Of a DNA stretch of 26,837 bases, positions 1 to 8,711 are shown one piece after another (position 1 is the first letter of the stretch; the number at the start of each line of letters is the position of its first letter). Both the position numbers and the translations under genes were made by a program. Location of the stretch: assembly GCA_034722635.1 (NCBI GenBank), contig JAYEOC010000108.1, forward strand, positions 1 through 26,837. The letters run 5' to 3'. Source of the DNA: Methanobacteriota archaeon (GTDB taxonomy: Archaea > Halobacteriota > Syntropharchaeia > Alkanophagales > Methanospirareceae). The notes beneath the pieces are model-generated. The model was not told the DNA's origin. It worked only from the letters and a program-made list of their open reading frames with translations, and made no database searches.

Positions 1-194
1 TCCATGTTACTAAAATTAGTGATATGTATATAAATAAAACTAAGCATAATATATGTATGAATACCTGGACTAAGCCCTGTTTAAGATCGGTTCTAAAACA
101 TATTACTCAAAATGGTTATAGTTACGGATTAAAGACTGAAAACTTTTTTACCGCACTTCTGTAAAATACGATTTAACGTGTTTGCCCTACCGTG

Positions 195-584
195 TCAAGC
201 GGATTTTAGAATATTCACTATCTCTTCTGCCGTCTTGGTCCAGTCTGCGGCCTTGCTTAGTGTCCCTTTTGCACCCGCATCAAGTGCGTTTCTCTCTACC
301 TCGGTTCCCGCATAAGCGGTGAACAGGTAAATGTTTGCTGCCGGATCGTCATCCATTATCTTTCTGGTTGCTTCCACACCGTTCATCACCGGCATCTTGA
401 TGTCCATAAGCACGAGGTCGGGCTTCTTACCCCTGTTTGCCAACTTGCTGTACTGCTCAACACCAGCCTTGCCATGCCGGGCAGAATGCACTGTGAACGT
501 ATGCAGCTTGTGCTTCATCAGATAAAGTGGCAGAAGTGTGTGAAACTGTTCTTCATCTTCCACAAGCAAGATAATATAGTCCAT
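195..584 (-). CDS. Single-domain response regulator (CheY-like receiver), paralog of 4790..5179
   Basis: 129 aa with LLVEDEE acidic pocket, LVLMD phospho-acceptor, FTAY and conserved Lys (SK). GAGGGGG SD-like sequence upstream. 84/129 residues identical, without gaps, to 4790..5179 by hand alignment. Confidence 0.95.
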   Translation of the reverse strand: MDYIILLVEDEEQFHTLLPLYLMKHKLHTFTVHSARHGKAGVEQYSKLANRGKKPDLVLMDIKMPVMNGVEATRKIMDDDPAANIYLFTAYAGTEVERNALDAGAKGTLSKAADWTKTAEEIVNILKSA

Positions 585-603
585 TTCTATCCCCCCTCTT
601 CTC

Positions 604-2934
604 TTAATAAACCTCGTCCTTTAAATAGCTTCCCGTCAGCGCATCCCGTGTCAGTTTCTGGACTTCATTGTTCCTTTCGCGTATTGTCCGAAGCATCTCT
701 CTTTGCTCGTCATCCAGATTGCGTGATTCCAGCATCAACTCGATATATCCACCCATTACCGTCACCGGCGTGATGATTCTGTGTGACGTCTCCTTTAGAA
801 AATGCTCTCTCAAACTATAAGCTCTCGTTATCTGCTCTTTCGAGTCTTCAAGCAGTTCTACATGTTCTTGCAATGACCGAGCCAGGAGTTTCAATTGCTC
901 TTCCGCAAGTTTGCGTTTGGTTACATCGCGAAAAATCGTTAATTTTGATATTGTACCGTCAACATGTCTCATTGGCGTCTCAATAATGTCGTAAGTCTTG
1001 TTCATTCTGGGTGAGTACCATTCCCACTCCACTACCTTTCTTTTCTGCACCTCCGCGATTTTGCAATTGGTGCAGGGTTCGTCTCTGTTATGAATCACGT
1101 CATAGCAAGTCCTACCGGTCCCATCTCCTAGTTCATTAATCAATGCCTTGTTCATAAACTCGATTTTATAGTCCTTCGACACCATGTACACACCATCAAC
1201 CATGCTTTCAAATATCTGATTCATGTTGTCCCGCTCTGCTTTTATCCGCTCCATCAGCGCCACTTCTTTTGTTACATCTCTGCTCACACGGACTGTGCCA
1301 ACGGGTACGCCATTTCGGTCCTTCAATAACGCCACGGAAATGCTGATCTGCACAGAGTGTTTATTTTTATTCAGCACCGTTGTTCTGTAATTTTTAAGCG
1401 TGCCTTCTCTCAGCACTGTTTCCATTATGCTGATCGCTTCTTCGGATTCCGCGTAAAATCTTTTGTTTGATCTCCCAACCACCTCCTCCGCTGTATAACC
1501 CATGTAGTCCTCTGCACCTTTATTCCACTCTCGCACAATTCCGTCCATATCCACAACAACAATCGCATCTGCAGAACTCTCAATTACATTGTTCAGATAC
1601 GCTTCTGTTTCTCTCAACTGCCTCTCGGACTCTGCCAGTAGCACATTCGCACGTTTACGCGCTTCTTCTAGCTCCATATTGTGCAGCGCAAACGCTATGT
1701 TGCCCGCCACCTTAATCAAGAGTTCCTTTTCCTCTTCACTTACTGTGACTCCGGCTGCAACCGATATGGCAAGCAACCCGAAAAGCCGGTCTGCGTGCTC
1801 GACACGGATGAGCACCGTTTTTGTACCCGCGCATGTATCTTTGAATACACAATCTTCGTTGTCGCTGGCTTTGTCCTGGACTATAAGCGGATCTTTCTGT
1901 GCAAGTGCATTCGTGATGCAAGGCGGGAAATCCCCGGCCTTCAAATGTTTACAAAAACGTGCGACATCGTCCATTAAACAGGAACCCTTGAGTGTGGTAA
2001 ATCTCTTTCCATCCTTTAAAAGTCCAACCCATGCGGCATCGTAGTTTCGTGCATCTATCAGGGCATTGCAGGCTTTCTGGAGCAGACGGTCCCTGTCCTT
2101 CTCAACCAGAATTAACTGATCCACATTCATGATGGCTTTGAGGACTCTGTTTAAGTGCTCTATGCGTTCTTCAGCACGCTTACGCACCGTGATGTCTTTT
2201 GAAACTACCGTTACCGCCCTAACTCTGCCCATTTCGTGTGTTTTAACCGGACTTAGTGTCTTGATGAAGTATTGTCCCTCGCTATTTTCATATTCGTGCT
2301 GAACCGATGCGCCGGTGTTAAAAACGTGTGTTACCTTCTCTGCAAACCCTTTCGCATCATCATCCGAATGAAACGCGCGGTATGGTTGTCCTAAATATTG
2401 ATCGCTTGACAAGCTCAACCGTGATATATGTTTCTCGTTCATGAACAGATACCGGCAATTCTTGTCCACGAGATATACAGAATCTTTTGTGGACTCGACA
2501 AGGGAGCGGTACCTCTCTTCGTTCTTCTGCAAAGCCGTTTCTGCTCTTCTTTTCGCTTCTAGCAGTTGATATGCGTCAGAAGTCCTTTTTACCGTTGATA
2601 GCAACTCTTCCAGGTTCATCGGTTTCTCGATGTAACAGGAAGCACCGGCTTTTAACGCTTCTATCGCCGTCTCCTTGGATGCAAACGCGGTGACTATGAT
2701 AGGTGCGGTGTCAACGTTGATACTTTTTAGTCCTTTTACCACCTCTAATCCTGTAATGTCCGGGAGCTTCAAGTCCACCAGGCAAATAGGGTACGTTTCT
2801 TTCTTTGCAATCGCTAAAGCCTTTTTACCCGTTCCTGCTGTCGTTACCTTGTAACCTTCATCAACAAGAATATCGCTTAGCGTCTCACGCATCTCCGCAT
2901 CATCTTCAACGATGAGAATGGATGTGTTATTCAT
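604..2934 (-). CDS. REC-PAS-GAF-PAS-PAS-DHp(HisKA-only) signalling protein lacking a HATPase domain
   Basis: N-terminal receiver (VEDD...CLVD...TA...KP), three PAS domains ending KDIT/RDVT/RDVT, one Cys-rich GAF, and a C-terminal ETSHRIITPV H-box helix pair followed by the stop. No N, G1, F or G2 boxes. Confidence 0.9.
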   Translation of the reverse strand: MNNTSILIVEDDAEMRETLSDILVDEGYKVTTAGTGKKALAIAKKETYPICLVDLKLPDITGLEVVKGLKSINVDTAPIIVTAFASKETAIEALKAGASCYIEKPMNLEELLSTVKRTSDAYQLLEAKRRAETALQKNEERYRSLVESTKDSVYLVDKNCRYLFMNEKHISRLSLSSDQYLGQPYRAFHSDDDAKGFAEKVTHVFNTGASVQHEYENSEGQYFIKTLSPVKTHEMGRVRAVTVVSKDITVRKRAEERIEHLNRVLKAIMNVDQLILVEKDRDRLLQKACNALIDARNYDAAWVGLLKDGKRFTTLKGSCLMDDVARFCKHLKAGDFPPCITNALAQKDPLIVQDKASDNEDCVFKDTCAGTKTVLIRVEHADRLFGLLAISVAAGVTVSEEEKELLIKVAGNIAFALHNMELEEARKRANVLLAESERQLRETEAYLNNVIESSADAIVVVDMDGIVREWNKGAEDYMGYTAEEVVGRSNKRFYAESEEAISIMETVLREGTLKNYRTTVLNKNKHSVQISISVALLKDRNGVPVGTVRVSRDVTKEVALMERIKAERDNMNQIFESMVDGVYMVSKDYKIEFMNKALINELGDGTGRTCYDVIHNRDEPCTNCKIAEVQKRKVVEWEWYSPRMNKTYDIIETPMRHVDGTISKLTIFRDVTKRKLAEEQLKLLARSLQEHVELLEDSKEQITRAYSLREHFLKETSHRIITPVTVMGGYIELMLESRNLDDEQREMLRTIRERNNEVQKLTRDALTGSYLKDEVY

Positions 2935-2977
2935 ATATATCCCTATTTGTCGTTCTTAAAAATAAAACTTTCCTAAT

Positions 2978-4756
2978 TCAACCCTGTGAAAGCGGTAACG
3001 TAAAACAAACAGTGCACCCTTTACCCTTCTCGGACTCTATCCAGATGCGACCTCCATGCACATATATTATCCGTTTCACGATTGCGAGCCCCGCACCAGT
3101 ACCCATGCTATCGGTATCCACCTTATAAAACAAATCGAACACCTTCTCGTGCTTATTCCTGTCTATCCCAATCCCATTATCCGCCACAAAAAAAACGGTT
3201 GCATCGCTTTCTACCCGGTACCCGAACTCTATTTCTGGCTGCGGTTGCTCACCCATGTAATTTATGCTGTTTGTTATAAGATTCACAAGCACCTCGACTA
3301 TCCTCATCCGGTCAACATGAACAGCCGGAAAGTCATCTGCCACTGATAGTTCTACACCACTCGAATTTAGTTGTTCCCGTGTTTGTTCCTGTGCTTCTCG
3401 AACAAGTTCAAAAAAAGGCACATCTTCCGCGGGATTCGCCACACGACCAATGCGCGACAGTTCTAACGTGTCATTCAGAAGGTTATTCATCTTTGTAACC
3501 GTAGTTTCTATGTACTTCAAATCGCGTTCTACACCTTCCGCTTCTTTTTGTTTCAAATCGTCTCGTAGCAAACCCGCAAAACCGCGAATCGAGACAAGAG
3601 GCGCTTTCAGGTCGTGCGAGACGGTATAAGCGAAACTATCCAGCGCAGTGTTCTTTACTTCAAGCTCTTTCAGGAGGTTTTCTCGTTCCGCCTCCCTCTG
3701 CTTCTGCTCGGTGATGTCTCTATGATTCGCCATATGTGCTATAACGTTGCCTTCATCATCCATTACTCTTGACGAAGATACAACTATTGGAAATAGAGTA
3801 CCATTTTTTCTCTTCGCAATTAATTCCCCCGTCCATCCCTCTTCCAATGTTGTCCTAAGTGCCTCTTCCAGCTTTGGTATTTGATCCTCAGAATATATGG
3901 TGGCAATCTCGGCCCCGATTAACTCTTCTCTTGAATAGCCGAACATTTTAGTAAACGTTTCATTCACATATGTAATCCTACCCTTGAGATCGCCCATAGC
4001 CATGCCATCAATCGAACTGTCCACAGAATGCGAAAATAGTCTCAGTTTTTCTTCTGTCTTCTTACGCTCGGAGATGTCTCGTGCAACAGCAAGCCTGCCA
4101 CTGGGCTGCCCGTCCGAGTCCAATATGGTGGTGACGTTTAATTCTATGGGTAGTCGCTTTCCATCCTTAAGCAAAAGCTCAATCTCATAAAGCGCAATTG
4201 TTTCACCGGAAAGCCCTCTTCTGAAGCGTTCAACCGTGGATTCACGGTATTCAGGGGCAATAACTTCCGTAAAGTGATGTCCTATTACATCCTCCGGAAG
4301 GTAACCGGTAGCCTCTTCAAATCTTTGGCTGAGATAGGTAAACTTGCCTTCCGTATCTAAAGCAACCACTACATCGTGTATGTTTTCAACTACTGTCCGG
4401 TATTTCTCCTTCTTCTTCCGCAGTGTCTCCTCAGCCTTCGCAATCTGCTCGCTTAGCATAGCAACTACAAAAGCGACAATTACAAACATAAGAGCGCGAA
4501 TGAAGTCGTATGCCGGGGCTACTGACTCACTAGGCAAGGTGCAGTGGCTAAGTATCAGCAGTGCAGCTAAAAAAATCGCCACAACTAAACCATTCCGTTT
4601 CCACCACATCGCAGCTAAAATAATCGGAATGTAAAAGAAATGAGTAAAAACAACGCAGATTGACAATACCGTATGAAAATAATACGTGATAACGCAACAA
4701 ATACCTAAAAGAAATGCCATTATCATACATTTGTATTTGCCGTCCAGTTCTATCAT
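2978..4756 (-). CDS. Membrane-bound sensor histidine kinase (about 4 TM helices, PAS-PAS-HisKA-HATPase)
   Basis: Hydrophobic N-terminus (HFFYIPIILAAMWW), two PAS domains, H-box SHDLKAPL, N-box NLITNSINY, G1 DNGIGI, F-box VFDLF, G2 GTGAGLAIV. Confidence 0.95.
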   Translation of the reverse strand: MIELDGKYKCMIMAFLLGICCVITYYFHTVLSICVVFTHFFYIPIILAAMWWKRNGLVVAIFLAALLILSHCTLPSESVAPAYDFIRALMFVIVAFVVAMLSEQIAKAEETLRKKKEKYRTVVENIHDVVVALDTEGKFTYLSQRFEEATGYLPEDVIGHHFTEVIAPEYRESTVERFRRGLSGETIALYEIELLLKDGKRLPIELNVTTILDSDGQPSGRLAVARDISERKKTEEKLRLFSHSVDSSIDGMAMGDLKGRITYVNETFTKMFGYSREELIGAEIATIYSEDQIPKLEEALRTTLEEGWTGELIAKRKNGTLFPIVVSSSRVMDDEGNVIAHMANHRDITEQKQREAERENLLKELEVKNTALDSFAYTVSHDLKAPLVSIRGFAGLLRDDLKQKEAEGVERDLKYIETTVTKMNNLLNDTLELSRIGRVANPAEDVPFFELVREAQEQTREQLNSSGVELSVADDFPAVHVDRMRIVEVLVNLITNSINYMGEQPQPEIEFGYRVESDATVFFVADNGIGIDRNKHEKVFDLFYKVDTDSMGTGAGLAIVKRIIYVHGGRIWIESEKGKGCTVCFTLPLSQG

Positions 4757-4789
4757 AAGGTCACCAGATCATAAACTTATACTTCGGTT

Positions 4790-5179
4790 TCACGTGGATT
4801 CCAGAATAGTCACAATCGTGTTTACCGTCTTGTACCAATCCGAGGATTTGCTTATTGTACCTTTTGCACCGGCATCGAGCGCTTCTTGTTCTACCTCGGT
4901 ATTTGCGTAGGCGGTGAACAGGTAAACGTTTGCTTTCGGGTCGTTAGCCATTATCCGTATAGTTGATTCCACACCGTCCATCACCGGCATTCGGAGGTCC
5001 ATAAGCACGAGGTCGGGCTTCTGCCCGTTTACTGCTAGTTTGTTGTACAGATCAACCCCTGCCGCGCCATTTTCGGCTGAATGCACAGTAAAAATATGCT
5101 TCTCGTGCCGCACAAGAAAAAGTGGCAGTAGTTTGTGAATCGGTTCTTCGTCATCCACAATCAAGACTGTGTAGTCCAT
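4790..5179 (-). CDS. Single-domain response regulator (CheY-like receiver), paralog of 195..584
   Basis: 129 aa with IVDDEE, LVLMD, FTAY and SK motifs. Starts 3 bp after the stop of 5183..6184. Confidence 0.95.
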   Translation of the reverse strand: MDYTVLIVDDEEPIHKLLPLFLVRHEKHIFTVHSAENGAAGVDLYNKLAVNGQKPDLVLMDLRMPVMDGVESTIRIMANDPKANVYLFTAYANTEVEQEALDAGAKGTISKSSDWYKTVNTIVTILEST

Positions 5180-5182
5180 TTT

Positions 5183-6184
5183 TTATTCCACATACTCCTT
5201 TAGATACTTTCCCGCTAACGCATCCGTCACCAGTTCCTGTATCTCCTTGTTTCTTTCGCGTATGATTCTAAGATACTCTTTTTGCTGGTCGTCAAGATCG
5301 GCGGATTCCTCTAACAAATCGGTGTATCCTCCGATAATCGCCACCGGAGTGATAATTTGGTGTGACGTTTCTTTTAGGAAGTGTTCTCGCAATCTATAAG
5401 CAGCTTTTACCCGCTCTTCTGCACGTTTGCGCTCTGTGATGTCCCTGGTAGCACCCTGTATTCCCACCGGATTTCCAGCCGCATCAAATAGTATCTTAGT
5501 AGCTATCTCAACATCTATCTTCTCGCCATTCTTATGCCATAGTTGCATTTCAAACGTTACACCACTCGCTTCCTGACCTTTCTTCAGTCCCTCCTTCGCG
5601 GCATTCAAACAAAAAGCCATATCTTCCGGCGAACAATGCTCATATAACGAACTTCCAACCCATTCTTCAGGCGTAAACCCAACCATTTGAAGAACAGAAG
5701 GATTGACATACTTAAATTCAAAGTCCAAATTCATTAGCCAGATACAATCAGCAGTGTTATCTGCCAGTAGATGATACATCTCCTCACTCGCTTTTAATTG
5801 CATCTCCGCTCGGCATTTGTAAAGCCCCATCTCGATGGACGCGAAAAGCTGCCGTTCCTGAAACGGTTTAACAAGATAAGCATACGGTTCGGTGCTTTTC
5901 GCTTTCTCTATCAGCCAAAGATCCGTGTATGCCGTCAGAAATATAACCGGAATATCGGTCTTCTCTTTTATCTCGTGCGAAGCGTCAATGCCGTTTTTAT
6001 GCCCTATCAGCACAATATCCATCAATATCAAATCAGGCATAAGCGAAACCGCCTTTTTCACTGCCTCATCTGCGCTGGCGGCACGACCCACCACCTCGTA
6101 ACCTACATTGGTAACCACCATTTCCAGGTCTTCTGCCACGATAGCTTCATCTTCCACGATTAAGATACGCGCCTTTTTTGCCAT
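5183..6184 (-). CDS. REC-PAS-DHp(HisKA-only) signalling protein lacking a HATPase domain
   Basis: Receiver (VEDE...LMD...LTAY...KPF), one PAS ending RDIT, and a C-terminal ETSHQIITPV DHp. Stop lies 58 aa after the His and there is no catalytic domain. Confidence 0.9.
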   Translation of the reverse strand: MAKKARILIVEDEAIVAEDLEMVVTNVGYEVVGRAASADEAVKKAVSLMPDLILMDIVLIGHKNGIDASHEIKEKTDIPVIFLTAYTDLWLIEKAKSTEPYAYLVKPFQERQLFASIEMGLYKCRAEMQLKASEEMYHLLADNTADCIWLMNLDFEFKYVNPSVLQMVGFTPEEWVGSSLYEHCSPEDMAFCLNAAKEGLKKGQEASGVTFEMQLWHKNGEKIDVEIATKILFDAAGNPVGIQGATRDITERKRAEERVKAAYRLREHFLKETSHQIITPVAIIGGYTDLLEESADLDDQQKEYLRIIRERNKEIQELVTDALAGKYLKEYVE

Positions 6185-6386
6185 TTTTACACCTATTGCG
6201 TTCGTTTAACTCTATAATACATGACCCCGCACTCACATCTGTCAAGACAACCGCAGAGCTGAGCGAAATAGGCACGCCAAAAATCAGTCGCCCCTTCCCC
6301 CACCGTATCTCTTTTAGTGTCATATAGGTTATATCATAGGTGGTAGTAGCACCATATATAACTTTCGGATACATTTCAGGTGGAGC

Positions 6387-6478
6387 TTACAGGTGCCAAT
6401 GCTGTAGCAATTCAACACTGGCTTGCATAAATTCTTTTGTTCGCTCTTCGACTTGCTCTTTTATCTCTTTCCACTCAT
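6387..6478 (-). pseudogene. Possible remnant of a gene start encoding a signalling-helix-like segment
   Basis: ATG overlaps the TGA of 6475..8037 (ATGA) with GAGGT upstream. It reads MSGKR*, but adding one A to the A-run gives MSGKEIKEQVEERTKEFMQASVELLQ, resembling the (L)EQRVEERTxEL coiled-coil of kinases. Confidence 0.35.
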
Positions 6479-8037
6479 TCTTCTACCTCGAACGCTATTG
6501 TAAATGTTGTTCCTTTCTCGCTTATGATCTCCAGTTTTCCCCGTAACTGGTCTTCCACAAGAATTTTTACCAGATGCAGCCCAAGAGTTTTCGTTGTATT
6601 GAAGTCGAATCCTTCGGGTAGTCCAACGCCGTCATCACTTACGGTCAGACAAACCGCACCTTCTTCCGGTGCCGAGAGACTAACCTCGATCTTACCTTCC
6701 GCCCTGTTCACAAAAGCATGTTTAAATGCGTTTGTTAACAATTCATTCACAACTAACCCGAAAGGTACAGCAATTGAGATTGGAAGTGTAAAGTCAACTA
6801 CATGAACAGCCGGCGTGATTTTTGTATCGCGAACCCGGTAACCCATGAACAATTGCCGTATCAATCCATCCACAAACCCCTTCATGTTTATCTCAGATAA
6901 GTTTCCGCTTTCGTACAGTTTCGTATGTATAAGTGCCATTGTATTTATCCGGTCTCTTGATTCTAAGAGTACCGCACTCGTATTAGCGTCTTTGGCTGCG
7001 CGTGCTTGCAGATTCAGCAGGCTCGATATGACCTGAAGGTTGTTCTTTACGCGGTGATGTATCTCCAGCAACAGCACCTCTTTCTCTTTTAGGGATGCTT
7101 TTAGCTGCTCTTCCGCCTGCTTCCGTACCACTTCCAGCTCCATGTCGTGGAGCCCAAACGCAATATCTCCCGCCACTTCCTCCAGCAGTCCCTTCTCTTC
7201 TTCGTCCACTGCGACATCTGGTGCAAGCAATACCGCAAGCAACCCGAAAAACTTTCCGGCATGTTCGACACGAATAATCGCAGCTTCTTTGCCGACACAA
7301 GCGTCTTTGAAGACGCAATCACCGCATTCCCTGGTTTTGTCCAGAACTACAAAACTGTCTTTTTGTGCAAGCGCGTTTTTTATGCACGGCGGATGATCAC
7401 CACCCAGCACATGTTCACAGAAACGAGTAACGTCTTCACGGAAGCCGGAACCCTTGACGGTGGCAAAAGCTTCGCCATCTTCTAAGAATCCGAGCCATGC
7501 GGCATCGTAGCCCCATGCTTCTGCCAGAGTATCGCAGGCGTTCTGCAACATAGTATCACGGTCTTTCTCCATCACAATCAACTGATTTACACCCCTGATG
7601 GCTTTGAGGACGCTGTTCAGATGCTTGATGTGCGTTCCCGTCTTCTTGCGCTCGATTGCGTAGCGTATGGTACGTACCAGTAACTCGCTGTCCAGTTTGT
7701 TCTTAGGCAGATAGTCCTGTGCACCCTCTTGCACTGCCGCAATAGCAAGTTCGGCATCGTCTAGACCCGTCAGCATCACGATTGGCACATCTGGTACTTG
7801 CGCGTGTACAGTGATGAAAGTGTCCAGCCCAGAACTATCCGGCAGTCCGAGGTCCAGCAGAACCGCATTTATATCTGCTGCGGCAAGGCGCTCCAGCCCT
7901 GTTGAGAGCCTATCCGCTTGCTCCAGTGCGAACACAGAGTCACCTGCTTCTGACAGCATCTCCTGTATCAAACGTGCGTCTCCCGAGTTATCTTCAACCA
8001 GCAGAACCTTTATCCTGGTAGCGTGCATAAAGTTCAT
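6475..8037 (-). CDS. Hybrid REC-GAF-HisKA_2-HATPase histidine kinase
   Basis: Receiver LLVEDN...LLDLGLPD, Cys-rich GAF, HisKA_2 H-box [12 protein letters not shown]-box [24 protein letters not shown]. Start overlaps the stop of 8034..8477. Confidence 0.95.
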   Translation of the reverse strand: MNFMHATRIKVLLVEDNSGDARLIQEMLSEAGDSVFALEQADRLSTGLERLAAADINAVLLDLGLPDSSGLDTFITVHAQVPDVPIVMLTGLDDAELAIAAVQEGAQDYLPKNKLDSELLVRTIRYAIERKKTGTHIKHLNSVLKAIRGVNQLIVMEKDRDTMLQNACDTLAEAWGYDAAWLGFLEDGEAFATVKGSGFREDVTRFCEHVLGGDHPPCIKNALAQKDSFVVLDKTRECGDCVFKDACVGKEAAIIRVEHAGKFFGLLAVLLAPDVAVDEEEKGLLEEVAGDIAFGLHDMELEVVRKQAEEQLKASLKEKEVLLLEIHHRVKNNLQVISSLLNLQARAAKDANTSAVLLESRDRINTMALIHTKLYESGNLSEINMKGFVDGLIRQLFMGYRVRDTKITPAVHVVDFTLPISIAVPFGLVVNELLTNAFKHAFVNRAEGKIEVSLSAPEEGAVCLTVSDDGVGLPEGFDFNTTKTLGLHLVKILVEDQLRGKLEIISEKGTTFTIAFEVEE

Positions 8038-8477
8038 TTGTTTCCATCGAGTGGCAATTTCACTATCGTAAACCAGAACTCTTCGATAGACCTAACTACC
8101 GTGATGAACTGGTCCAGATCAACAGGTTTGGTGATATAACAGTTCGCATGCAGGTCATAGGCTTTGAAGACGTCCTCTTCTGCCTTTGAGGTAGTCAGCA
8201 CAACCACGGGGATGCGTTTCAGGTCGGAATCCGCTTTGATCTCTGCGAGCACCTCACGACCATCTTTCTTCGGCAGGTTCAAATCGAGCAGTACTAGATC
8301 AGGTCGCGGCGCATCCGTATAACTCCCGACTCTACGCAAGAACGCCAAAGACTCTAAACCATCCTCTACCACATGCAGGTTGTTGTGCAGTTTACCGTCT
8401 CTGAGTACTTCTCGTGTCAGACGCACATCGCCGGGGTTGTCTTCTACCAACAAAATCTCTATCGAGTTTCCTATCAT
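8034..8477 (-). CDS. Rcp1-like single-domain response regulator
   Basis: [27 protein letters not shown] and [10 protein letters not shown], the typical partner of SHDLQEP-class kinases. Confidence 0.95.
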   Translation of the reverse strand: MIGNSIEILLVEDNPGDVRLTREVLRDGKLHNNLHVVEDGLESLAFLRRVGSYTDAPRPDLVLLDLNLPKKDGREVLAEIKADSDLKRIPVVVLTTSKAEEDVFKAYDLHANCYITKPVDLDQFITVVRSIEEFWFTIVKLPLDGNK

Positions 8478-8582
8478 TTCTTACTCCATTTTCGTAATTC
8501 TGTCTTTGTGATTCGCTTATAAATATGCTCTTTATACGATCCTGGTGCATTCGCTTTTCATAACCCCAATAGTCATCATATA

Positions 8583-8711
8583 TTAAAAAGGTAGGGTTGC
8601 TAATCCGTATTGCTCTTCCTTATAAAATCCCGCTGGCGTCTCATAAGCCCAAACCACTATCTCCCGAACTTTATTCAAAACCTCTAAATCCTTAACGCTT
8701 TTGATGTTCAT
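8583..8711 (-). pseudogene. Truncated four-helix-bundle (23S IVS protein/Avd-like family) N-terminal fragment
   Basis: [42 protein letters not shown] matches the family N-terminus pattern (KSFxDLxV...Y...FPKEExYGL). It stops before the conserved RRAAVSIxxNIAEG helix and overlaps the last 20 bp of the upstream kinase. Confidence 0.65.

Noticed and set aside
1-40. Possible start (CAT at 3-5) and TATA box (27-34) of a minus-strand gene running off the window
   Set aside because: Plausible, but only one or two codons are visible, so it cannot be supported.
604-830. DHp-only proteins as frameshifted or split kinase pseudogenes
   Set aside because: No HATPase motifs occur in any frame downstream, the next receiver gene starts 3-19 bp later, and both paralogs end at the same register.
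6212-6246. Bacterial sigma70-like TTGACA...TATTAT on the minus strand
   Set aside because: The spacer is 20 nt rather than about 17, and the host uses archaeal BRE/TATA promoters.
8583-8711. Diversity-generating retroelement suggested by the Avd-like fragment and the nearby direct repeat
   Set aside because: There is no reverse transcriptase in the window, and the differences between the 11.8-12.1 kb repeats are not adenine-specific.
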